DNA from: Promethearchaeia archaeon
Lineage (GTDB): Archaea > Asgardarchaeota > Lokiarchaeia > Sigyniarchaeales > SOKP01
Assembly (NCBI GenBank): GCA_029856045.1
Contig: JAHQWG010000021.1
Coordinates: 1-35,987 of the forward strand
Direction of reading: 5' to 3'
Length of the DNA: 35,987 bases
Under the pieces are notes generated by a model. The model had not been told where the DNA came from and did not search any database. It saw only the letters and a list, made by a program, of their open reading frames with translations. Positions 1 to 8,609 of the stretch are shown piece after piece. The stretch's first letter is position 1. The number at the start of each line of letters is the position of its first letter. The translations under genes were made by a program, and so were the position numbers.

Positions 1-2
1 CG

Positions 3-251
3 GGATCTTGGTCGATTAATAATCTGGGCCCACGTATTGTAAAAGGTAATTTTGATCCAGGATTTTTTATTAAACATTTCGTAAAGGATATGGGAATTGC
101 GCTTCAAGAAGCAAAACACATGAATCTCTCCCTTCCTGGACTTTCCCTTGCTTATCAATTCTATATATCAGCAATGGCATTGGGATTAGAGAATCTAGGG
201 ACTCAAGGACTCTATAAAGTACTTGCTAAATTGAATGGAATAAACATATAA
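3..251 (+). CDS. 3' end of NAD(P)-dependent oxidoreductase, 3-hydroxyisobutyrate/6-phosphogluconate dehydrogenase (YkwC-like) family; partial
   Basis: Not in the ORF track. Frame 3 reads GSWSINNLGPRIVKGNFDPGFFIKHFVKDMGIALQEA...LNGINI* (TAA 249-251). GNFDPGF...HFVKDMGIAL is the typical C-terminal motif of this family. Confidence 0.85.
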   Translation, partial: GSWSINNLGPRIVKGNFDPGFFIKHFVKDMGIALQEAKHMNLSLPGLSLAYQFYISAMALGLENLGTQGLYKVLAKLNGINI

Positions 252-389
252 AAAAGTAATTTTTAATCCTACAAATAAAAATTCTAAAGTTAATAGCTAA
301 ATTTTTTTTTAATGTTAATTGAAATTAAAATCTCATAGACAACTAATTTAAGCATAAAACAATATATTCTTTTTAAGGCTAAATATTCT

Positions 390-818
390 ATGAAAAGCAA
401 AGAATTCAAAATTGGAAGAGCAATTGTTGCGAAATTAGAAGGAGGAGAGGATATTTTAGATTCTGTTATGAAACTTGTGAAAGAACATAAAGTTAAATCA
501 GGATTAGTCAATGTGATTGGCGGATGTAAGAAATTTACGATTGGTTATTTTAATATTGACACCAAGGAATATCAAATTAAAACATTCGAAACTCCTGTTG
601 AGATGACGACTTGTATGGGCTCTATTGCTCAGAAAGATGGAGAACCAATAATTCACCTGCATATAACCCTTGGGAATGCAGATTATTCAATCATTGGAGG
701 TCATTTAAGCCAACCCTCTATTATCAGTGTTACCGGTGAGGTGTTAATTTATGAATTTAAACCATCTATAGAAAGAATTAATGATCCTGAATGGGATTTA
801 TCTTTATTAGACCTTTAA
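390..818 (+). CDS. PPC domain (DUF296) protein
   Basis: KLEGGEDILDS, GSIA, HLHITL...IIGGHL and TGEV motifs; 142 aa. Confidence 0.9.
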   Translation: MKSKEFKIGRAIVAKLEGGEDILDSVMKLVKEHKVKSGLVNVIGGCKKFTIGYFNIDTKEYQIKTFETPVEMTTCMGSIAQKDGEPIIHLHITLGNADYSIIGGHLSQPSIISVTGEVLIYEFKPSIERINDPEWDLSLLDL

Positions 819-839
819 AAGAAAATAGGAAATTTGATT

Positions 840-1385
840 ATGAGTGAAGGGGATTATATATTCAAAATAGTAATAATAGGAGATGCGGCTGTTGGAAAAA
901 CTTCATTAATAAATCGTTTTGTTGGGGCGAAATTCAAGGAGGATTATCGTCCAACGCTTGGTGCAAATCTACTTCGACAGAATGTAGAAATAGAAGTTGA
1001 TGGTAAGCAATTTCTATGTACACTAGTAATATGGGATATAGCTGGGCAAAGTAGATTTGAGTTAATACGTTCTTTATATTTCAAGGGGTCAGTAGCTGGT
1101 TGCCTAGTGTATGATTGCACCAGACCTACGACATTCGAAAATATAAAAAATATTTGGTTAAATGAATTATTAATTAATACGGGGAGTACAGTTTCTTTTG
1201 TTCTTATAGGAAATAAAATAGATTTAAAGGATTCACAATCAGTTTTAAAAGAGGAAGGCATGGAATTAGCTCAGGAGATTAATGCCACTGAATTTATTGA
1301 AACCAGTGCAAAAACCGGAGAAAATGTAATTCATGCCTTTAAAAGTTTGTCTATTCAAATATTAAAGAATCTTGGTAAAATATAG
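840..1385 (+). CDS. Rab-like small GTPase (ATG 840; track start is TTG 834)
   Basis: FKIVIIGDAAVGKTS (G1), PTLG (G2), WDIAGQ (G3), GNKID (G4), ETSAK (G5); no C-terminal Cys motif. Confidence 0.93.
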   Translation: MSEGDYIFKIVIIGDAAVGKTSLINRFVGAKFKEDYRPTLGANLLRQNVEIEVDGKQFLCTLVIWDIAGQSRFELIRSLYFKGSVAGCLVYDCTRPTTFENIKNIWLNELLINTGSTVSFVLIGNKIDLKDSQSVLKEEGMELAQEINATEFIETSAKTGENVIHAFKSLSIQILKNLGKI

Positions 1386-1503
1386 TAATTTTTTTAACAT
1401 TATAATCAACTTATTTCCTAGGAATTTCTTCAATTTTTTATTGAAATATTTCAATTAAAGATTAAATTTTAATATTATAAAGAAAAAATAAAGATTAGGT
1501 ATT

Positions 1504-2052
1504 ATGAGTGAACGAGATTTCATTTTTAAGATATGCATTTGTGGAGACTTTGCAGTAGGTAAAACTTCTTTAATTAAACAATATATTGAAAAACAATTCG
1601 AAAAAGAGTATAAACCCACATTGGGTTGCGATTTATTTAGAAGTGATATTAATATTGAGCATGGCAACAAAAAAATTCATTGTAGACTTGTTTTTTGGGA
1701 TATTGCAGGTCAGGAAAAGTATTTACAGGTTCGCCCTCTGTATTTTCAGGGATGTCGAGGTGCTCTATTAGTTTACGATATTACTAGGCAAGAAACTTTT
1801 AAAAATATTTCAGATTCTTGGCTGAAGGATTTTAAAGGTAATGTTAGGGAAGACACTTCTTATATTCTTATAGGAAATAAAATGGATTTAGAGGAGTCAC
1901 GATTAATTTCAACAGATAAAGGGAAAGATTTAGCAACAAAGATTAACGCGACAAAATTTATTGAGACTAGTGCAAAAACGGGAGATAAAGTCAAAGAAGC
2001 ATTTAAATCGCTGGTTTTAGCAATATTAAAACAATTCGGGGAAATAAGATAA
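1504..2052 (+). CDS. Rab-like small GTPase, tandem paralogue of 840-1385
   Basis: GDFAVGKTS, PTLG, WDIAGQ, GNKMD, ETSAK. Confidence 0.93.
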   Translation: MSERDFIFKICICGDFAVGKTSLIKQYIEKQFEKEYKPTLGCDLFRSDINIEHGNKKIHCRLVFWDIAGQEKYLQVRPLYFQGCRGALLVYDITRQETFKNISDSWLKDFKGNVREDTSYILIGNKMDLEESRLISTDKGKDLATKINATKFIETSAKTGDKVKEAFKSLVLAILKQFGEIR

Positions 2053-2108
2053 TTTTTTTATGTTTTCACCAATATTTTACTCCCGATTAGAATCTCTTTT
2101 TAGTATAT

Positions 2109-3347
2109 TTAGCCATAATGTTTTTCTTCTACAGCATCGGAATCTAATGCATCTTTTTCAACATCTCTTCCTTGCCATTTTTCCGATAAAACTTCATTAT
2201 AATATTCATGTTGGATAATTAAACTCATCACTTCTGAGGTTCCAGTCCAAATCATGCTTAATCGTGCATCCCGGAGTAGTCGTTCGATAGGATAAACTGT
2301 AGTATAACCTATTCCTCCCATTACTTGCATTGCTTTATTGATAACTTCCCAGCAAGCTTCAGTGGCAAATTTTTTAGATTCAGAAACTAATCTTCTTTGA
2401 ACATTTGGAGGTGCACCATTATCAATTGCTCTTGCACTATTATAGACTAAAGATCTAGCAGCATCTAACAAGGTAATAGATTCTGCGATGTTAAAGCTTA
2501 CTGCTTCGAATCTTTTAATAACCCGACCAAAAGCTTTTCTTTTTGTACTATATTTAGCTGCGATTCGTAAACAAGCTCTTGCAGTTCCAAGCATACCTCC
2601 AGCACTGGTCATACGCTCTGGGACCATCATTTGATAAAAGATTTTACCACCTGCACCTTCTCCCAAAATTATATTTTCTTCCGGAATTTCAACATCTTTA
2701 AATACTAATCTTCCTGCACCTCCGCCTCTTGTGCCCATCAAGCCATATAGATATTCGGTTTTAACATTCTCCGTTCTATCAACAATAAAAAGGCTTAGTG
2801 ATTCACGAGATGGTGCATTTGGGTTTGTTTTTGCATAGACTAAAAAATAATCAGCACCTTCTGCTCCAACAACAAATCTTTTTTCACCATTTAAGATGTA
2901 TTTATCTCCTTGTTTTTCAGCATTGCATGTAGAACCAAAGAAATCACTACCTCCTCTAGGTTCAGTAAGAGCTTCCGCGTTGAAAATCTTACCTTCTAAA
3001 GTCGGTTTCAGATATTTCATTTTTTGTTCTTCTGAGCCAAACATATGAATGGCTTCACCACAGATGCTAACCAGTGAAAATAAGCATCCGAGAGACATTC
3101 CGAGAACTCCAATTTCTTCAAGTGCTAAAATCTCAGCTTCCCAGTTTAAACCTTGTCCACCATATTTTTTATCGAATCTTAAACCTAAAAGACCGTGTTT
3201 CGCTAAATTTTGAACATATTCTTTGGGATATATTACTTCATCTCTGTCCATTTGTTTTAGCAATGAATGGGGGACCTCGTCTTTAACAAAAGCCCTAACT
3301 TTATCTCTTAATTTTTTATACTCATCACTAATTAAATAGTCAAACAT
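2109..3347 (-). CDS. Acyl-CoA dehydrogenase
   Basis: [46 protein letters not shown] motifs. Confidence 0.95.
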   Translation of the reverse strand: MFDYLISDEYKKLRDKVRAFVKDEVPHSLLKQMDRDEVIYPKEYVQNLAKHGLLGLRFDKKYGGQGLNWEAEILALEEIGVLGMSLGCLFSLVSICGEAIHMFGSEEQKMKYLKPTLEGKIFNAEALTEPRGGSDFFGSTCNAEKQGDKYILNGEKRFVVGAEGADYFLVYAKTNPNAPSRESLSLFIVDRTENVKTEYLYGLMGTRGGGAGRLVFKDVEIPEENIILGEGAGGKIFYQMMVPERMTSAGGMLGTARACLRIAAKYSTKRKAFGRVIKRFEAVSFNIAESITLLDAARSLVYNSARAIDNGAPPNVQRRLVSESKKFATEACWEVINKAMQVMGGIGYTTVYPIERLLRDARLSMIWTGTSEVMSLIIQHEYYNEVLSEKWQGRDVEKDALDSDAVEEKHYG

Positions 3348-3378
3348 GTGAGAAAATAATACTCACAATCATTAATAT

Positions 3379-5658
3379 TTATTTATAAAAATCGATTTGA
3401 CTTTCTTTGATATTTCTGGAGCTTGTAATTTGGTTTGCTATTTTATCGTATTGATCGATAAATTCTTGTGATAATGAAGATTTAACTTTAGTGAGCGCAA
3501 ATACGAAATGGCGCCACTCAACTATATCAAAATTTTCTTTTTTTTCTCTTAAGGCTTGCATACCTGCTTCTCTAACTAAGTTTTCTATGTCAGCTCCACT
3601 ATATCCTTCCGTTTGATCGGCTATTTTTTCCATGGAAACATCAGGTGCGAAAGGCATATTTTTAGTATGAACTTCTAGAATTTTTAGACGACTTTCTCTA
3701 TCTGGAGCATGACAGTATAATAGACGATCGAACCTTCCTGGTCTTAATAATGCCGGATCAACCATATCTGGCCGATTTGTGCTGGCGATCACTACAATTC
3801 CTTCTCTTTTTTCAAGGCCATCCATTTCAACTAAAATTTGATTTACTATAGATTCAAATACATGAGATCCATCAAAACTACCCCTTCCAGAAGTTATAGC
3901 ATCAATCTCATCAAAATATACAATTGAAGGTGCGGCTAGACGTGCTTTTCTAAAGATTTCTCGAATTGTTTTTTCACTTTCACCAACCCATTTTGAGAAT
4001 ATTTCCGGACCTTTAATTGAAATAAAATTACATTTACTCTCAGTAGCAACTGCTTTCGCCAGTAAAGTTTTCCCACATCCGGGCGGACCAAAAAGTAAAA
4101 CCCCATTTATTGTTCTAATGCCAGCTTTTTTAAATAATTCTGGGAAATTCAAAGGCCATTCAATAGCTTCTACTAATTCTTCTTTAATGTCCTCTAAACC
4201 TCCAACATCTTCCCATTGTACATTGGGAACTTCTATCATAATCTCTCTCATTGCACTCGGTTCGATTGAATTAATCGCCCGAATAAAGTCTTCGTCTTTA
4301 ATTATTAATTCTTGAATAATTTCAGGAGGTATAGGCTCATCAAGATTTATTTTAGGTAATATTCTACGTAATGCATACATTGCCGCTTCTCTACATACGG
4401 CCATAATATCAGCTCCAACAAAACCGTAAGTGATTTCAGAGTAGTAATCAAGTCTTATATCATTTTCTAAGGGCATGCCTCTTGTGTGAATCTGTAAGAT
4501 TTCTTTTCTCCCCTTAATATCTGGGACTTTAAATTCTATTTCTCTGTCAAATCGACCTGGTCGTCTAAGAGCTTCATCTATACTATTGATTCTATTAGTT
4601 GCACCAATGCATATCACTTCACCTCTACTTGTAAGGCCATCTAACAAGGATAATAATTGAGAAACAACTCTTCTTTCAACTTCACCCATAGCTTCACTAC
4701 GTTTTGGTGCAATAGAATCGATTTCATCAATAAAAATTATAGAGGGAGCTTTTTCTTCGGCTTCTCGAAAAATATTTCGTAATCTACCTTCAGAAGCACC
4801 GTAAAATTTGCTCATTATCTCAGGTCCATTTATATGGATAAAATGAGCAGTCGATTCTTGAGAAACAGCTTTTGCCATAAGGGTTTTGCCGGCACCAGAT
4901 GGACCATATAGTAATACACCTTTAGGTGGATCAATATTTAACCTGTGAAAAAGTTCGGGGTGTTTTAAAGGAAGTTCAACCATTTCTCTAACTTTTTGGA
5001 TTTCTTCGCTTAAGCCGCCAATGTCGTCATAGGTAACAATATCTCCCGAAACATTTAATAACGCAACTCTTTTATTTATTCTAATCCTTGTATTTTGTGA
5101 AATTATTACTACTTTACCAGAAGGTTCAGTATTATCAACAATTAACCTTAATGTCCCAGGAGTTCCCTTACTTCTCATAGAACCTTTCATGAATGGAAAC
5201 ATCTTAGCAAATTCATTCATTGGATCGTCTGGATCACTGGATTGAATTATAGCTCCCATAATACTGATGATATCTCCAATAACAATAGGTTTTTGAAGTA
5301 ATTTAGTTTTAATTGTTTTAGCTTGTCTTTTCAAATCAATGTCCGGTCGGGTTGGAGTCAAGACAACTTCTCTTGCTTCATCAACTTCTGCTTTTTTGAT
5401 TATTACAGTTTCACCAATTGTAGCACCAGAATTAAGTCGAATTAATCCATCTATTTTAATCGACCCCTTACCTTTATCTTCTCTAGAAGAAACCACAAGT
5501 CCTGCAGTTTTTTTCTTTCCAAAGATTTCAATAATATCTCCATTGGATAATCCCATTTTTTCAATAATAGCACTATCTACATAACATAAACCCCTACCAC
5601 TTCTCTCTAGTTCAAGCTTTTCAATTCTTAAAGAAGCTTTAGTTAAAAATTTCGACAT
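3379..5658 (-). CDS. cdc48: Cdc48/p97/VAT double-ring AAA+ ATPase
   Basis: N-domain plus two AAA modules: [33 protein letters not shown]; [30 protein letters not shown]-terminus DFYK. Confidence 0.96.
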   Translation of the reverse strand: MSKFLTKASLRIEKLELERSGRGLCYVDSAIIEKMGLSNGDIIEIFGKKKTAGLVVSSREDKGKGSIKIDGLIRLNSGATIGETVIIKKAEVDEAREVVLTPTRPDIDLKRQAKTIKTKLLQKPIVIGDIISIMGAIIQSSDPDDPMNEFAKMFPFMKGSMRSKGTPGTLRLIVDNTEPSGKVVIISQNTRIRINKRVALLNVSGDIVTYDDIGGLSEEIQKVREMVELPLKHPELFHRLNIDPPKGVLLYGPSGAGKTLMAKAVSQESTAHFIHINGPEIMSKFYGASEGRLRNIFREAEEKAPSIIFIDEIDSIAPKRSEAMGEVERRVVSQLLSLLDGLTSRGEVICIGATNRINSIDEALRRPGRFDREIEFKVPDIKGRKEILQIHTRGMPLENDIRLDYYSEITYGFVGADIMAVCREAAMYALRRILPKINLDEPIPPEIIQELIIKDEDFIRAINSIEPSAMREIMIEVPNVQWEDVGGLEDIKEELVEAIEWPLNFPELFKKAGIRTINGVLLFGPPGCGKTLLAKAVATESKCNFISIKGPEIFSKWVGESEKTIREIFRKARLAAPSIVYFDEIDAITSGRGSFDGSHVFESIVNQILVEMDGLEKREGIVVIASTNRPDMVDPALLRPGRFDRLLYCHAPDRESRLKILEVHTKNMPFAPDVSMEKIADQTEGYSGADIENLVREAGMQALREKKENFDIVEWRHFVFALTKVKSSLSQEFIDQYDKIANQITSSRNIKESQIDFYK

Positions 5659-5774
5659 TTTATAGAATCCCTTATTGATGTAAAATAATACTTCAAAATA
5701 AAAAAATATAAATTAATACTTTTAAAATTCCTTTAATTTTAAGAATAAAAAACATTGATAGATTAAAATTTTTT

Positions 5775-6593
5775 CTACTTTATTTTATCAATTTTTCTAT
5801 TTCTTAAGAGTGTTTCAAATTTATTAATGAGTTCGCTAACGCTTAAATCAGAATTAACATTTTTATTAATAAATTGCTTTCTAAAATTACTAATTTCCTT
5901 GCCATTAAATTGAATTCTTTGTTCTTTTAATATTTCTGAAACCATTTTTCGCGTAAGTGCATCGAGTTCTGTCTTTTTATTTTCTAATTTTTCACCAACC
6001 TTTTCTAGTTTTAATCTTTGAAAACTATCTTCTAGTAAATTAAGATTAATTTCAATAATATTCAAAATTTCATCGGAAACTTCATCTAAATTTTTTGAGA
6101 TACTTAAATCAACAGAATAGATTGGAAAATCCCAATTATAACGGTCAAATTTATCAATTTTTTCTTGGATTTTATAGATAACTTCATCTGGTATTATAGA
6201 ACCTCTTTTTTTATTCCATTCTAAGCATATTTTTAATGGAGTATTTAAATATACAATAAAAAAGGGAATATCTAGACTATCGGTTATTAGTTTTAAATCA
6301 TGACGCATACTACGATAATAATTTAAGTCATCGCTGATAACAATTTTCTTTTGCTCAAGGTTTTTTCTTATATTTTCCAAATTTTCCTTTCGAATGATTG
6401 GTTCTACAGTATAATCAAATTCCACGCCATTTTCAATAATTATACTTCTAATTAAATCAGGATCAATAATCGAAATGTGATCTTCGTTTACTTTGAATTT
6501 TTCAACCATTTTCTTTTTAACTGCGTTTGCTAATGTAGATTTACCTGAAGCTGGAAGACCAACTAATGCGATTAAAAAACTGGGTTTATCCAA
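5775..6593 (-). CDS. pstK: O-phosphoseryl-tRNA(Sec) kinase (PSTK; KTI12/PSTK family)
   Basis: LVGLPASGKST P-loop, DLIR, DDLNYYRSMRHDL, WNKKRG..IPDEVI, YNWDFP and a C-terminal LDALTRKMVSE helix match the archaeal PSTK pattern. TTG start. Confidence 0.85.
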   Translation of the reverse strand: MDKPSFLIALVGLPASGKSTLANAVKKKMVEKFKVNEDHISIIDPDLIRSIIIENGVEFDYTVEPIIRKENLENIRKNLEQKKIVISDDLNYYRSMRHDLKLITDSLDIPFFIVYLNTPLKICLEWNKKRGSIIPDEVIYKIQEKIDKFDRYNWDFPIYSVDLSISKNLDEVSDEILNIIEINLNLLEDSFQRLKLEKVGEKLENKKTELDALTRKMVSEILKEQRIQFNGKEISNFRKQFINKNVNSDLSVSELINKFETLLRNRKIDKIK

Positions 6594-6603
6594 AAATTAG
6601 CAC

Positions 6604-6867
6604 TTACAATTGTTTTGTTTTTATTAATTCTATTTTTTCTTTCTTTGGTAAAGTTTTAATTTCTCTTTCTCTTCTCATTGCTTCAATTTGTTTCGGATAA
6701 GTTTCTATATACTTTAAATTTAATTTTTTATTACGACAAAATTTTGCACCTTTTCCATTTTGATGTTCTAAAAATCTCCTATGCAAATTATTGGTATAAC
6801 CGGTATAATACTGATGCCGTCCTCTTTTATCGGTGCATTCTAAAATATATACTGTGTAGATTGGCAT
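6604..6867 (-). CDS. Small GIY-YIG nuclease family protein (UPF0213-like)
   Basis: VYILEC...YYTGYTNNL.RR..EH..GKGAKF...AMRREREIK. Confidence 0.9.
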   Translation of the reverse strand: MPIYTVYILECTDKRGRHQYYTGYTNNLHRRFLEHQNGKGAKFCRNKKLNLKYIETYPKQIEAMRREREIKTLPKKEKIELIKTKQL

Positions 6868-6937
6868 TTATTTTTACCTAATTTAATGTATTATCGAAAG
6901 AATTTATATTTTTATTGGTGGATAAATTCGATTTCAT

Positions 6938-7741
6938 TTAAATTTTTAAATTAAAAAAATCAATAGCATTTTTAGTGGTTTCGTTAGCAACTCTACCTAC
7001 ACTAACTTTTTTCAGTTTTGCTACATTTTTAACGCTAATTGTAATATTTTTCGGTTCATTTCTTTTAATATTTCTGTTTGGTGCAAGAAATGGAGCATCA
7101 GTTTCTAGCATCATTCTATCTAACGGTATGTGTTTAGCGGCATTAATATTAGCTGCTCTATATGTTACTGAAGTTGGTACTGTAAAAAACCAGCAAGTAT
7201 TTGATACAATTTCCTTAATGGTATTAGTATCCCCTGCATAACAATGAAATAAAACCTTATAATCATCAAAATTATGTTTTCTTAAAATTTTCATTGTTTT
7301 ATGTTCAGCATCTCGAGCGTGTATTACTAAAGGGATTCCCATTTTTTTTATAAAAGGTAATAATTCTTGAAATTTTTTTACCATTTCCGACCTTTTAGCT
7401 CTTTCTTTCACCCAATAGAAATCCAATCCTACTTCTCCAATACCAACAATTTCATTTTGATATTTTTCTATTTTTTGTTTTAATAATTCTATACTTTTTT
7501 TCTCGAAATATAGCCTTGGAATTAGTCCCATACAGGGAAATATATAGTTTTTATATTTCCTACATATTTCCAAATTCTTTTCTGCCTCATTAATAGTTGC
7601 AGAGACTGTAATTACCGCTTTTAAATTATTCTGTCTTGCTCTTTTTATGACATCATCTAAATCATTATCAAATGATTTCCACGTCAAGTGGCAGTGAGCA
7701 TCTATTAAGGGATATTTCTGGGAGATCATTAGTTTTTTCAC
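6938..7741 (-). CDS. tatD: TatD family hydrolase/nuclease (alternative ATG at 7729)
   Basis: DAHCH, GIGEVGLD, VIHAR, FHCY, LETDAPFLAP, RNEP. Confidence 0.93.
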   Translation of the reverse strand: MKKLMISQKYPLIDAHCHLTWKSFDNDLDDVIKRARQNNLKAVITVSATINEAEKNLEICRKYKNYIFPCMGLIPRLYFEKKSIELLKQKIEKYQNEIVGIGEVGLDFYWVKERAKRSEMVKKFQELLPFIKKMGIPLVIHARDAEHKTMKILRKHNFDDYKVLFHCYAGDTNTIKEIVSNTCWFFTVPTSVTYRAANINAAKHIPLDRMMLETDAPFLAPNRNIKRNEPKNITISVKNVAKLKKVSVGRVANETTKNAIDFFNLKI

Positions 7742-7772
7742 AGTGTAAAATATATTATTTTATAATGATTAA

Positions 7773-7904
7773 TTTAAATTAAATTATGTAAGGTGAAAAT
7801 ACCCAATGTTATGTGCATATATTTTAATTTAAAATATTTAATTGATAGATTAAAGATTAATTTTTAACATTGATTTTTAAATTAAATTATGTAAGGTGAA
7901 AATA
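7773..7904 (+). repeat. Exact 29-bp direct repeat TTTAAATTAAATTATGTAAGGTGAAAATA (7773-7801 and 7876-7904)
   Basis: Read directly. Contains SD-like AAGGTGA. The spacer carries an 8-bp inverted pair: CAATGTTA 7804-7811 and TAACATTG 7865-7872. Confidence 0.9.
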
Positions 7905-8534
7905 TTTCCTCAAGGAATTTTCTTGATAAAGTGGGACCAGTTGAAAGGTGGAATCGTTTCTTTAAAGATCCCAGAGGACATGGAGGTTCCTGAAAACATT
8001 GTGCAGCAAATTCAAATAAGTCACAATTTCACTCCAAGTTATATGATTACAGAAGAAGCAGAGTGGAATTCAGTTTCATTTTATAATGATGAAAAAGAAA
8101 TCATTATTGTGTTTAAACTCGATAAATATGAAGAAGGGCAAGATTTCATTCAATTATTACATGATATTGATGAAAGATTAAAAGTTCTTGAAGAAGATGA
8201 GATAAAAAAAGAAATTAATAAATTTTTTCAAATCAGTTTTACAGTTTTTAAAACAAGGGATGAAGTGATAAGTAAACTAGCTAATGATGTGATGCAATTA
8301 AAGACATTCCAGCATGATGTTAATATAAGAATAGATTCGATTTTAAACAAAGGAAAGATCAAAGCCATGTTTAAAATCCTAACTTTTCTCATAAATAAAG
8401 AAAATTGTTCTTACAAAGAGTTAATAGAATGTTTAGAAATTAAAGAGTCTAGTTTGAGAAAAGCATTAGCAAAATTAGAAAAACAAAAATTAATCACACA
8501 TGATAAAAAAAAAGATTGGATTTATATTGAATAA
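7896..8534 (+). CDS. Putative longin/uDENN-like domain, coiled coil and C-terminal winged-helix protein
   Basis: N-terminal GIFLIKWDQLKGGIVSLKIPED resembles the uDENN/NPRL2 start. C-terminal CSYKELIECLEIKESSLRKALAKLEKQKLI is wHTH-like. Start codon uncertain. Confidence 0.55.
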   Translation: MKIFPQGIFLIKWDQLKGGIVSLKIPEDMEVPENIVQQIQISHNFTPSYMITEEAEWNSVSFYNDEKEIIIVFKLDKYEEGQDFIQLLHDIDERLKVLEEDEIKKEINKFFQISFTVFKTRDEVISKLANDVMQLKTFQHDVNIRIDSILNKGKIKAMFKILTFLINKENCSYKELIECLEIKESSLRKALAKLEKQKLITHDKKKDWIYIE

Positions 8535-8609
8535 TATTTAACATCCCATGAGAATTATTTAATCATATTTAGATAGAATTTATTCCATAAAATCTTTTAT
8601 TGCTTATTT

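Noticed and set aside
6604-6867. GIY-YIG ORF as a homing endonuclease or mobile element
   Set aside because: 87 aa stand-alone UPF0213-type domain with no DNA-binding extension, intron or flanking repeats.
5754-7854. Exact 14-mer ATTGATAGATTAAA at 5754-5767 and 7841-7854, each ~100 bp upstream of a minus-strand gene
   Set aside because: A match of this length is plausible by chance in very AT-rich intergenic DNA, and I saw no third copy.
7773-7904. 29-bp repeat pair as a mini-CRISPR
   Set aside because: Only two copies, a 74-bp spacer, overlap with a gene start, and no cas genes.
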